A DNA stretch of 62,936 bases, counting the filler, from Octopus bimaculoides (lineage: Eukaryota): NCBI RefSeq assembly GCF_001194135.2. It is 8 parts of 7 records of this genome, joined end to end, with 100 filler letters (N's around TTAATTAATTAA, not from the genome) between each part and the next. Parts side by side here need not be neighbours in the genome. Positions count along the whole stretch, not along the records: positions 24,129 to 35,486 come from NC_068989.1; positions 35,587 to 38,978 come from NC_068985.1; 6 more parts are not named here. One strand, 5' to 3'. Both the position numbers and the translations under genes were made by a program. The notes beneath the pieces were generated by a model. That model ran no database searches. It saw only the letters and a program-made list of their open reading frames with translations, and was not told the DNA's origin. The number at the start of each line of letters is the position of its first letter. Position 1 is the first letter of the stretch. This document shows positions 26,121-37,860 of the stretch, piece after piece.

Positions 26121-26901
26121 ATGTACTTCATTAACTCTGTATAAATTTTCTGGAGAATGCATTAGAAGAAATGCTAAACCTATCTGGGAAATATTTATGA
26201 TTCCTGACTGGAAGGATACAAAGTAATATCTTAAGTAGTGAAACTTCAATATATAATAAATATAATCCATATGAACAATAAATGGGAGTACTGAATGAGG
26301 CAGTATACTAGTGATGCCTTCAGAAGAAATATTTCCTTTCCATATAAAACATACTTGCCCTTCATGTACGAATGTATCCATATTATCCGTGTATCCGTGT
26401 GTCCTTCATTTGAAGATACACGGAGAACCGCTTCCCTATTTTGGTTATACTAATTTCTAGACTACATTTAGCAATATAGTCTTTCTTTTCAACAGTAACG
26501 AATGCTTTGAGAAAGATGCAGCTGTTAGCTGCAGGAGATCAACTGTCTGCCTAGAGTCTCCCTCGTTGATTTATTCAGTGTTACATGCATGCATGTGGCG
26601 AGCGTCACAATACATGCATGTAATATTCAGTGGTAGAATATATATTTGTAGTTGAAATTAATGCATTTCAATGTTGACAATAACTGTCTTCAGAAAAGCA
26701 TAAATGACATTTTATATCGTTTCTAATTCTGTTTCAAATACAAAACCATTTGTCTAAGTCATAAATCAATATCATAACATCAGAAGCTCTTGTAGGAAAA
26801 CGATCAGGTTTCCAGGTGTATATATCAGTATTAAAGTTAATAATAAAAGTCGATATTATGTCTCTATGAGAGACAATTTTGTCACAACATAAAATACTCA
26901 G

Positions 26902-26996
26902 ACACTTCTACCTGAGGTTGTGAACCAGATCTTTCGCGATCGAGAAGAACTCTGGTCAAAGGCGACGCAGCAGTGATCGTTCCATATTGAATTCAG
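26902..26996 (+). pseudogene. Disabled exon-like segment, ADAM10-like prodomain (RHFYLRL*...DRSILNSG)
   Basis: CAG|A CAC TTC TAC CTG AGG TTG resembles ADAM10 RHFNLRM with a phase-2 start, and ends at CAG|GTAC. It has an in-frame TGA at 26921 and its end phase does not fit the next acceptor. Confidence 0.4.
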
Positions 26997-27078
26997 GTAC
27001 TGAATATCAAGGAACACATCATTGTTTAAAGTGCCTTCTTTCATTAACAATGAAGAGCAATTTATCATAATTTTGTAG

Positions 27079-27185
27079 CAGTGTTTATGGCCGTATAGAG
27101 GCAGGTTTCTTCGAAGGGTATATTCTCTTAGATAGAATTACGTACTCTCTTGATCCCTCAAACTTGACCCAACAATCTATTCAGG
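27079..27185 (+). pseudogene. Exon-like segment encoding an ADAM10/kuzbanian-like prodomain motif
   Basis: Open frame SVYGRIEAGFFEGYILLDRITYSLDP aligns without gaps to the ADAM10 prodomain [24 protein letters not shown] (recalled sequence). Preceded by a TTTTGTAGCAG acceptor; the donor is uncertain. Confidence 0.55.
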
Positions 27186-27249
27186 GTGTTACAGCTGAGG
27201 GGAAAGATAGTTGCATTATCACCCGGTTGCTACTGCTTTATATATAATC

Positions 27250-27680
27250 ATGTAGCTGTGAGTTCGATTCCCGGACCAGGAGCAAGATACTTTCTTTCGT
27301 ATCACTCCAGTTCACTCTGCTGTAGAAATTAGTCACTTATGCCAAGTTGTATCAGCCTTTACCTTTCCCTTGGATAGCATCGGTGGTGTGTAGAGGGGAG
27401 GCTAGTAATAATGTCCGACAGCTAGTCTTCCATAAACAACCTTACCTGGATTCGAGTTTCAAAGGGTAACCTTCTCCTTCTAGATGGAATCCCATAGACA
27501 TTCATGACCGGAAGGGGTTTTTAATCTTTACTCTATGTACATATAATGGTATGGAAAGGCGAGGCTGGTATGCATGGTCGACTGCTGGTCTTCCACAAAC
27601 AAGCTTACCAGAACTCGTGCCTCGGAGGGGAATTTTCGAAGTGAAATCCCACGGTCATTCGTAACCGAAGGGGGCCTTTA
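27250..27680 (+). mobile_element. SINE family E with a second copy of its 3-prime part
   Basis: GAGTTCGATTCCCGGACC head remnant; the CTGGTCTTCCA...GAAGGGG segment occurs twice (about 27400-27520 and 27560-27680). Confidence 0.65.
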
Positions 27681-27702
27681 ACGTTTGCCCTTACTCTTAC
27701 AG

Positions 27703-27819
27703 TACCCATATTTTCCAGAGTAAAACGCAGACTCAACTCGATCATTAACAAAATTCCAATCGTAGATACAAAAGTCACTCAATCTGCTAAATATAATGCA
27801 TCAGAGTATTTTAAATCAT
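27703..27819 (+). pseudogene. Candidate phase 1-1 exon with a furin-like RVKR site
   Basis: CCCTTACTCTTACAG acceptor, AT|GTAAGC donor and an open frame PIFSRVKRRLNSIINKIPIVDTKVTQSAKYNASEYFKS. Confidence 0.3.
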
Positions 27820-28039
27820 GTAAGCTTATATCTTTCAGCCATCTGTATACGAATGAGTTTATTTTACACCATGTTACACACACACATAGCACTTTTGATG
27901 GCAAAATTGTAATGAATCAGTATTAATTTTTCAGAAACCTATGATATATTAATTACCTTAAAAAATAAATTGTTTCATCATGTTGATTACCAAACTCAAG
28001 TTATGCAAAAGTTGTTTTGTCATTTTACGAGGAGAGAGG

Positions 28040-28445
28040 GTAGCAAGCTGTCACAATCGTTAGTAAGCCGGACAAATTGTGTCATTTCTTCCGTCCTTAC
28101 TTCCTAAGTTCAAACGCCGCCCAGGTCGTTTTTAAGTATCGGGGTTTTGATATAATTGACAAGCCACACCCAAATAAAATACTTCAGGCGTTGTGCCTAT
28201 CGTAAAAAAGGATTATAAGAGGGAAAGGGAAGCGGGTGAACAGGCAGAATCGTTAGAGCGTCGGGAGAATTGATTTTCAGCATTCGTTCTGCTCTTTACA
28301 TATCGATTTCAAAACCTACCATGGTAGCTTGGCTTTTCAACCTTTCAGAGCCGGTAAAATAAAGTATAAGTCTAGTACTGTGGTCGATGGAATCCACTAA
28401 TCCCTCTTCCCTCAGAGTTGTTGGCTTTGTGCCTAAATAGAAAAA
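28040..28445 (+). mobile_element. Two decayed SINE family D copies
   Basis: AATCGTTAG heads at about 28057 and 28249; TAAAATAAAGTATAAG...GGTCGATGGAATC. Confidence 0.6.
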
Positions 28446-28909
28446 CAATCATTGTACATGTCAGATAAAAATAAAAGCTAACTTCAAGCACTGATCGACT
28501 TAATGTAGCTATTTATGGATAGAAGCAGTCTTATAGTTAATCAAGATTTGAATTATTGTATGAAGTAAAATATTGTAGTGAACAATAAGAAGTGTTAATA
28601 TCGCAGTGACTTTGGGATTACCGTTACTCAAGATCTTAAACCTTGCTTAACATTGATGGATTTAGTATTAAATATTGTTTCATTTTGTGTTTGTTATAAA
28701 AAAATCCGGGTGCTTTGGTTCATTTATTTGTTTTTCTCATTTAATACACCATAGCTATGTTTATGCTACTGTATCGCTTTCATTATTTATTGTTGTTCTT
28801 TTGGACGACGCAGATATAGTATTGTATATAGACAGCTACTTCATATGTATAATTTGATAGATTGCACAACTGATAACGCCTCCTCTATCTTTACTAAAAC
28901 CCCTTACAG

Positions 28910-29001
28910 ATGTGCGAGCTGAGACAATGAAGGGTATTACGTTTAGATGTACTTTAAAACTTTCAGACGAGACTTTCTTTAAAATCCTTAGCTTTTTCGC
29001 A
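28910..29001 (+). pseudogene. Candidate exon resembling the start of an ADAM metalloprotease domain
   Basis: CCCCTTACAG acceptor in phase 1, compatible with the previous piece. VRAETMKGITFRCTLKLSDETFFKIL resembles TCQLYIQTDHLFFKYY with a one-residue gap. Confidence 0.3.
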
Positions 29002-29289
29002 GTATATAGTTAAATGCTTGCGTGTGGCGATGATAAGATAAATGGAAGCGCGGATGTTTTGATGAGATGATAAACGAGAAGGTGAATAAATACTGGATTC
29101 TGTGACAGATAGATTTATAAATGCAGTGTTAGTAGTGATAGTTGGGTCGAAGATTTACGCTATGGTAGAGGATTATGGTCGTTGTTGGCGGTTAAAAAGA
29201 TAAGGAAATGAATCGATGAAATGATTGATGTGAAGTAAATAGATGAACGAAGCATCGAAGAGTGTTATGCAGGTATAGTAATGTGATGT

Positions 29290-29455
29290 TGGTGATGAAG
29301 GTGGTGGTGATGGTGGTGGTGGTGGCGATTGCCATTTTCATAGTGATAGTGGTGATGTCGAAGATATTGGGGATGGTAATAATGAAACCGGTATCAGCGA
29401 TGATGATGATCATCATGATCATGATCATGACAATGACGACGACGACGACGATTGA

Positions 29456-29489
<34 letters not shown>

Positions 29490-30120
29490 GGTGGTAGTGA
29501 TGATGTAGATGTCTGTGGTGTTGATTATGGTAGTGCACTAAGTAACAGTGTATAACGTTGTTGTTTAGCTCCAGATCGACAATAATCAAATCCAGCTGAC
29601 TACGTGTTTGTTTGTCTTTTTAATGAGAGTGCATTGTCCTAATCAACTTACTGTATTTGTGACGTTATATTGTGAAATTTGAAAGAGGCTTAGCTACCAC
29701 TCAAGTAGGTCGAACGAGGATTTAGTGACTCATTTATTGGCTCGTATGCTGCAAGTATTATTGTTAATACTGTTCTGAGGGGTGGTGGTGGTTTAGCTGT
29801 GGTGGTATAATGATGATAGTAAAGTTGATGATGGTTGTGGAGGGAGTATTCCTTGCAGTAATGGTGGGGAGAAGTCCTTGAAGTAATGATAGGTAATGAT
29901 GGTGGTAGCGGATCGCAGGTGGCGGGTTGTGGTGGCCGTCTGCGTCGGGACGGGGTAGTGGTGGTGGTGGTGGTGGTGGTGGTGGTGGTAGTGGTCTTGG
30001 TGGTCGTAGCGGTGGTAGCGGGTTTAGCGGTCGTAGCGCTGGTGGTGTTCGTCGTCGTGGTCGTAGTGCTGACGGTCGTGGTCTTGGTAGCAGTGGTGGT
30101 AATGGTGGGGAGGGTGCTGT
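29290..30120. repeat. Degenerate GGT/GAT/CGT trinucleotide low-complexity region
   Basis: Direct inspection. Confidence 0.85.
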
Positions 30121-30232
30121 AGTTGTCACTTTTGAGTAACACTGACGAAAACTCATTTAACATAGAAGCAACCTTAAATAGATCGGTGGTCCGCGTACAC
30201 ATACACAAAGACATACACGCCCACCTACACAT

Positions 30233-30273
<41 letters not shown>

Positions 30274-30301
30274 GACAGAGGTATATACTTGTATCTATGT
30301 A

Positions 30302-30540
30302 TTGAGTTGGTGCGTAATTATTGCGGCTTTTTTTTTTTACAACAATTTTTTTTCAACAAAACAATAATAACATGTAACAAAAACATATTTAAATGATTAT
30401 TCCGGAGCATATTCACCATCTACTTCAATTACTGCTTCTCATTTGCTTGGCAGACGGTCAGACCGTCATTTAAAGTTGTTATTGCTTTTGCTGAATAAAA
30501 TTTGTTGAAAAAAAATCGCAATAATTATGCCCCAACCCAA
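30302..30540. mobile_element. Mariner-derived MITE (MADE-like)
   Basis: Terminal inverted repeats TTGAGTTGGTGCGTAATTATTGCG / CGCAATAATTATGCCCCAACCCAA resemble Hsmar1/MADE ends; TA on the left and ATA on the right; no ORF. Confidence 0.75.
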
Positions 30541-30556
30541 ATATATATATGCATAC

Positions 30557-30705
30557 ATAAACAATTATAGAAAAATGGAGGAGAAAAAGATGTTGCATGA
30601 AACTTAGATTTAATACGAAAAAAATGTAATGAATCCTAATAATTTGTATTAAATCTAATTTTGAATCAACATGTTTTTCTCCTCCATTATTCTATAATTG
30701 TTTAT
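30557..30705. mobile_element. Fold-back, MITE-like palindrome
   Basis: About 60-bp imperfect arms (30557-30616 and 30646-30705) with a 29-nt loop. Confidence 0.7.
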
Positions 30706-31369
30706 AGTATATTTATACTTATAATGATATTTTTCTTCTATATTTTCATATTCATATTAGTGCTCTGGCTGTTTTTTTTTTTATGAATATGATTAATCTT
30801 TATTTGAAATCATTCTTTCTTTCTTATTGGACCCCTGAAAAATTTGAATTATTCTTTTTTGAACTTATTTTTTCCTATATATGCAAACATATGTCTTTTT
30901 ATTTGTGTGTGTGTGTCTGTGTGTGAGCGTGTATGTGTGTGCGCGCGCGTAGGTTTAGCATGACATAGCCAAGATAAATATCTGACTTCATTTTTCTACA
31001 TACAATGGTTTACTGGACTGATTACCTTAAGGCAATCACCACACTTCTCACTCTAACCTTTACCACTTGCAAATTCTCTTAGTATCCATAACGGATGCGC
31101 ACCAGTTTGAGTGTATTAATGTATAATACTGTAAATCTACGATCACTTCCAACAATTTGTGCCTCAGTACAATGGTTAGAGTTATTACATAATGAACAAT
31201 GAAACTATTTTCGATTTATAGTTATGTCAGTATTCGGATTTAATGGTGTATGTAGGGGGTTTATTTACGTATGTTTAATTTAGCTACAAGGTGTTTTCAT
31301 TCATGCTTTTTCAAGCCATGTCATACTGGTGAAATGGAAGCAGTTTAAAATTCATGCGGGCCATCCATC

Positions 31370-31975
31370 CATTTCTCTTCTCCGCCCTCAATTCCTGAGA
31401 GTGTCGTGTGGGAGTAGTCCTCAGCCAATCTTTCATTAAGTTCTATAAGAAATAACCCCCGTTACAATTTCCTGCTGGATTGCCATGCATGACCAAATGA
31501 GACTATAGGTATTATCGAATTATGTCATTCGGGTTCTATCCCTAGTTCCTCAGCCGGTTGACTCGGCTTGAAGAATCGCTCCTGTGATTTTTTCTTGTGA
31601 CAGTCCAATCACGTACCCTTAGTACAGCATTATGGCTCCTCAATGCAGAGATTTGCGAATTACACACCCTGTCAAACAACGTTAATCCAGAGATCTTCCG
31701 AAGAAATCCCATTCCAGACGCTTGTTTTCACGATCGTATATTACCGTCATTACCAAACATTTATGACGATATGTGAGGATAGGCACGAAAACCGAGTTGA
31801 AGTTAGTAAATTTGACTTTTTAAACAACTTCTCCTCCTCTTAGGAAGGAATACTGGTGCACTACTGTATCTGAATCTAGCATCCAATTCAATATACTGCA
31901 TTCCATCACTCTTAAATATGGTCCCGAGGTACTTAATATTCTCCACTTGAGGACCAATATCACAGTTCACGGGGC
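31370..31975 (-). mobile_element. RTE-clade (Expander/Rex3-like) LINE 3-prime fragment
   Basis: QVENIKYLGTIFKSDG...ELDARF, SVFVPILTY and MGFLRKISGLTLFDRV motifs, with stops and frameshifts. Confidence 0.8.
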
Positions 31976-33169
31976 TGAACTTCTGAGGAGTAAGAATCGT
32001 ATGAAGTGTTTAGAGCAGTGTCTGCGCTTTAGACAAAGCACGGTAACGAAATGATGGAAGTGAAATTTATTGGATGGGTTTGGGCAGATTTGATATGCAG
32101 CTAGTTCTTAATAGCTGGGTTCTTTATCATGATCTTCAATTTGATGGTTAATGTTATTCGATGTTCTTTAAAGTTTTCTCTTCTCTTTTTTCCTGTTGCG
32201 GGTATATATTCGATTTGATGTTTCTTAATGTTGTAAGTGCATATTTTATTTGCCGTCCTTGAAGGTTGTGGGTACATGACTTAATCGGAGTTCTTTAATG
32301 TTGCATTCTCCCCGTTTGCTATACAATGCTTTTTAATCGATTCGCTAGAAGTAAAATTTCTTAGTGGTCAACAACACATTAAAGATGATGTATAGTTGCA
32401 TCTAGGAGATTAAGTGTGTGGCAGGGAGTCGGTATTTGAGATATAATTTGATTATGAAGTGTAACTGTTTCTTGAAATGTGTGTAGGTTGTTTGAAATAT
32501 AAGTGAGGGAAAAAGAAGAGAGAGAGAGATGTTTAGTGAACAATTCTTTACAGTTCTCTCGTTTGAAAAAGAAATGTTCATGATTTGCTGTTACATTATA
32601 GGAAGGTTAAGTGGTATTGGCATCACCTAACCTCTCACCTTGTAATTGTTGGCCTTGCGCCTAAATCAGAAAGCAGGGAGCATTTAACTTACAAATTGGT
32701 AGCGAGAAATGTAATTCAACGTATACTAGTCTTCAATGATGAATAAAATAAATGCTGTTCCGTGTTTCGTGACACTGGTCTTCTGTGTCCTTGTATTCAT
32801 TATGCAAAATATGCGGGAGGTGTGTAATTCTGTATTGTGCGTATCTGTGTTACAAGTTAGAGAGGGTGAAAAGTATAATACAGATATAAAGAGATGGTTT
32901 CATTTTTCTGAGACTATTTAGAATATGCATCAGATAACAATTTCTTTTGGTGGTGCTTTAGCTCATAGATTCTATTGGTTTTGGTTTGCTGTTTTCATTT
33001 CATCCTATTCTGTTTCCATACACTTAAGATTCGCTAGTAATAGAAGATTTTTGTAACGCTTTCTTTTAAACCTTATCTTGTCATTATGAAAGCTTAGTTA
33101 GATTTGGGAGGGGGCTTTGGTTAGTGAAGTAATGGGATCCATGAAATCTACTTGCCTCGTCGTTTCAAA

Positions 33170-33670
33170 ATTGCTAACCTTGTACCAAAATTGGAAATTA
33201 TCATCATCATCATCATCATCATTATTAATTTCGCTGAGGCTGGCTTTACCTTTCACTCATAGGTGTCGAGAAAATATTTACTAGTCAAGCACTCAGATCG
33301 AGGTAATCGAATTAAATCTTCCTCTAAAACTCCTGGCCTTAATTGTGACTTAATATGAAACCATTGAAAACGCAGCGAGCTGACTGAATCTGTGACACGC
33401 CGGACAAAATGCTTAGCTGCATTTTGTCCGTCTCTACGGTGATGGTGGGGGTGTAGTAAGGAGATGAGCTAGCAGAATCGTTTGCGTGCCGCCGGGCAAA
33501 ATGCTTAGCGGCATTTCATCCGTGTTTAGGTTCTGAGTTCAAATGATGCCGAGATCGACTTTGCCCTTCATCGTTTCAAGGTCGATAAAATAAGAACTAG
33601 TTGAGCACTGAATTCAATGTAATCGACTTACGTCGCTCACCTGGAATTGCTGGCCTTGTGCCAAAATTTG
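33170..33670 (+). mobile_element. Cluster of SINE family D copies
   Basis: GAGCTAGCAGAATCG...AAAATGCTTAGCGGCATTTC...GTCGATAAAATAAG. Confidence 0.75.
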
Positions 33671-33733
33671 AAATCATAATTATTGCTGTTGCTTTTACTG
33701 TTGTTATTTAAAATACTTTTGAGTTGTGGCTGT

Positions 33734-34660
33734 TGATGAGGATGAGGATGAGAGGAGAGGGAGGAAGGGGAGAGGAGGGGAGGAACGGGAGAGGGGGAGG
33801 AACGGGAGGGGAGATAGGAGGGGAAGGAGGGNNNNNNNNNNNNNNNNNNNNNNNNNNNNNNNNNNNNNNNNNNNNNNNNNNNNNNNNNNNNNNNNNNNNN
33901 NNNNNNNNNNNNNNNNNNNNNNNNNNNNNNNNNNNNNNNNNNNNNNNNNNNNNNNNNNNNNNNNNNNNNNNNNNNNNNNNNNNNNNNNNNNNNNNNNNNN
34001 NNNNNNNNNNNNNNNNNNNNNNNNNNNNNNNNNNNNNNNNNNNNNNNNNNNNNNNNNNNNNNNNNNNNNNNNNNNNNNNNNNNNNNNNNNNNNNNNNNNN
34101 NNNNNNNNNNNNNNNNNNNNNNNNNNNNNNNNNNNNNNNNNNNNNNNNNNNNNNNNNNNNNNNNNNNNNNNNNNNNNNNNNNNNNNNNNNNNNNNNNNNN
34201 NNNNNNNNNNNNNNNNNNNNNNNNNNNNNNNNNNNNNNNNNNNNNNNNNNNNNNNNNNNNNNNNNNNNNNNNNNNNNNNNNNNNNNNNNNNNNNNNNNNN
34301 NNNNNNNNNNNNNNNNNNNNNNNNNNNNNNNNNNNNNNNNNNNNNNNNNNNNNNNNNNNNNNNNNNNNNNNNNNNNNNNNNNNNNNNNNNNNNNNNNNNN
34401 NNNNNNNNNNNNNNNNNNNNNNNNNNNNNNNNNNNNNNNNNNNNNNNNNNNNNNNNNNNNNNNNNNNNNNNNNNNNNNNNNNNNNNNNNNNNNNNNNNNN
34501 NNNNNNNNNNNNNNGGGGGAGGAGAGCAGGGGGACGAGAGCAGCGGAGGAGAGCAGGGGAGGAAAGCAGGGGGATGAGAGCAGGTGGAGGAGAGCAGGCG
34601 GAGGAGAGCAGGCGGAGGAGAGCAGGTGGCGGAGAGCAGGCGGAGGAGAGCAGGCGAGAC
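33734..34660. repeat. Purine-rich GGAGG tract and GGAGAGCAGG minisatellite flanking an N-gap
   Basis: Direct inspection; units of about 14 bp at 34515-34660. Confidence 0.85.
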
Positions 34661-34720
34661 GAGATGGTCTATTGTTTCGTCAAATATATCGCAAACTCCA
34701 TTTTGGTAAGCAAGCTTTTA

Positions 34721-34758
<38 letters not shown>

Positions 34759-34997
34759 GAATTATTTCATTTAGGCTGAACAGATTAGACTGTAAAAAAA
34801 ATTGCCTCACATCAGGCTCCAACAAGTAACCTTAGACGCCAAGAACATTCCTAAGTACACTAGCTGTCTCTAATAATACTGCATTAAGCTAAGTATTTGC
34901 CTATTTCCACTAACCTTCTGTTAAAATCTTTAGCAATAGTTACTAACGTACTTACAATAGAAGCTATATAGTAATACTTTCGAATGCACTATTTATC

Positions 34998-35030
<33 letters not shown>

Positions 35031-35486
35031 AATAATAATAATAATAATAATTTACTAGTGAAGCACTCAGATCGAGGTAATCGAATTAAATCTCTATAAT
35101 GCAATATTGCTTCGGGAACAGAAGCATTTTTGTTGCAGTGTCAGTTGCGCGGGCATACAAGGTCAACTCCGCATGAGTAACAAGCTTCAGGATTACAAAT
35201 GGGTTTTTAGCAAAGGATTCTATCATTGACCACATTCTATTCGCTGTGCAACTTAAGAAAATCTAAAGCGTGTATCTCTGAAATAACTTTGTAGTTGTAT
35301 GTGCTTGTACTCCTGTCTTTTGGTGATTTGACTCATTGAAAAGAAAAATCGTGCATTTCAAAACTCGCATTCAAGTTTTGTTGAAACACGAGGCCAGTCC
35401 CTCATTTATCATATTATAAATAACCAAATTCAAATTCTTCGTTTTAATGCCTTTTACAATGTCCTTAAAATTTGAGAGACCGTGGC

Positions 35487-35586
35487 NNNNNNNNNNNNNN
35501 NNNNNNNNNNNNNNNNNNNNNNNNNNNNNNTTAATTAATTAANNNNNNNNNNNNNNNNNNNNNNNNNNNNNNNNNNNNNNNNNNNN
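35487..35586. other. Artificial scaffold-join spacer
   Basis: 44 N + TTAATTAATTAA (35531-35542) + 44 N. Confidence 0.95.
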
Positions 35587-35631
<45 letters not shown>

Positions 35632-35919
35632 TTAAATAATAAGGGTGAACAATTGAATATTAATTTGATTAACATCAATTTAAAACCAGTGGCCTAGCAT
35701 ATTGAAAAATCTGAAGATTCAGAAAAATTATATTACTTATATATAAGAGGGATGACCACTAAGTGGACATCCATTATGCTAGAAGAAGACCACCTATGGT
35801 CTGACCACTAAGAAAAGATTGTTCTCAAGAAAACTCAGGAAACGTCAGAACGTAAGCGAGCAAGACAAATGAAAAGATACAAAATATAAATGCTGATATG
35901 CGATACGTTTTATTTATTC

Positions 35920-36270
35920 TTTTACTTGTTTCAATCATTTGACTACGGCTATGCTGGAGCATCACCTTAAAGGGTTTTTCAGTCGAAGAAATCGACCCCC
36001 GGACTTATTCTTTGTAAGCCTAACACTTATTCGATCGGTCACTTTCGCCGAACAGCTAAGTTACTGGGAACGTCAACATACCAACATTGGTTGTCAAGCG
36101 ATGGTGGGGGACAAACAGACACAAAGACACATACATAAATATATGCATATAAATATATACGACGGCTTTCTTTCAGTTTCCATCTACCAAATACACTCAC
36201 GGGGTTTCGGTCGGCCCGTGGCTATAGTAGAAAACATTTACCCAAGGTGCCATGCAGTGGCACACAGCCA
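35920..36270 (-). mobile_element. SINE family A with a deletion in the head
   Basis: TTTTACTTGTTTCAATCATTTGACT...GGCTTTCTTTCAGTTTCC...CACACAGCCACGCC. Confidence 0.8.
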
Positions 36271-37860
36271 CGCCCGATTTATCTTTTACATTTTATACCA
36301 GTTTGCCTTCACGCTTTATAATAAAAATGAAAGTATTTTTGACTCCGGCATTTAATATCAAATAAATAAGATGGCTTAATGCCCCAAAATCAATTCAACG
36401 ACGACTGTATATCATAAAAATGACAGGGGCTCAGAAGGCCAAGCGTGCCAAATTCTCAAATGTAGGAGATTCGATTATATCAAAAACTAGTTTCAATCTC
36501 GCAAAACTGATGTTATATCCAGATTCAGCACGCCAAACTTATCTAAGATTACCCAAGTAGCGCTGACCAGTTTTTGAGTCTCTACTGAAGCCATTATATA
36601 AAATAACGAAGCTGAAAGAGTCTTGATTTCTGAAGGACAACAAATATCACCGAAAATTGCACAACAGCACAAGCCGTGTTGTATTACGTACGGTGGATAT
36701 TATTATCACAGTGATCTGTGCTGCTATGCTGCAATAGACAGTCGAGTAAAAATGTTACTTAGGCACATACAAATTTGTGACAGGTTGAATTTGAATACGG
36801 AATAAAACAGTCTATAACTCCATATTAATTCAGTGATTCTGCCATTTATAAAACTAAAGCCTGCCTCCCGATTCCCACAGCATTTAGCAGATGTGAGATT
36901 AATCTTCCCACCGTGTAGAAAGATGGTGTATCACAGAGAGTAATTCATCGTATGCTGGATATAAATTCAGTATTCCAAATCTATGGACCAGCGTATTAGT
37001 TTTTCGTCGCTGCTGTTATGTACACCGGCGAATTAAACAACCCACTTGTACCTACTTGGCGATTAGCAGGTCGCACCATTGAGCGATATATGACGCAACT
37101 CTACGGGTTGTAACCTAGTATGTTGAAATGTACTGCGGCCCGAATGAGAATGAGGTTAGTTAAAATGCATAATACATCCGGATACTTTTGGCAAATGAAT
37201 TAATATCAATGGTATGCATATATAAACTTTGGAAGCTTGGTCGGTCGTTAACTTAACGTTCAGTTACTTTAAGAGGATGGGTAAGGCCGATCTAGAAAAA
37301 TCTAGCCATAACATTTTGTGGTTAATAAAATCCTCTCATAGGAAAAATGTAAATAGGATCAAAAAGAAATAAAACTACACATCTGAGCTTGATCATTGTA
37401 AGTTTTCTTTCTAACTCTATGGGTAAACTTTTGACAGTTTAAATTTTGTTAAGGCTTATACAGGATATTATAATACAAACTTAAAGTGTGTTACTAAAAA
37501 TTTTCACATCGCCTTAAATACGAAACTATTTTTCACTGTTTGTGGTATTGTTTGAAGAAACACGATGTTCTATTCCGAAATATTACAACAGAGACTACCG
37601 GTGGTTCAATAACATTGACCGACCGTTATAAATAGTTTGCTTCTATACTCCGGGAAAAGTTTCCCAGTGTATTTATCGTTCATTACCTATTCCACAGACA
37701 TAATTCTGCATCCAAGAAACTTTTGCTAACAGTTTAATGCTTTTTAGTAGAGATTGTTTGCCAACATAACATGGCAGTCCTGGTTTACGACTAATGTTGC
37801 TGTAATTTAGCCCCAGGAGACATCGTCTCCAGCTGGCTATACGACACGATCTGTGTCCTT

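Noticed and set aside
26487-26570. NECFEKDAAVSCRRSTVC, disintegrin-like
   Set aside because: Wrong position relative to the prodomain pieces, and later cysteines are missing.
26651-26700. Minus-strand CTGAAGA...GAAATGCATT hammerhead-like motif
   Set aside because: No stem I pairing.
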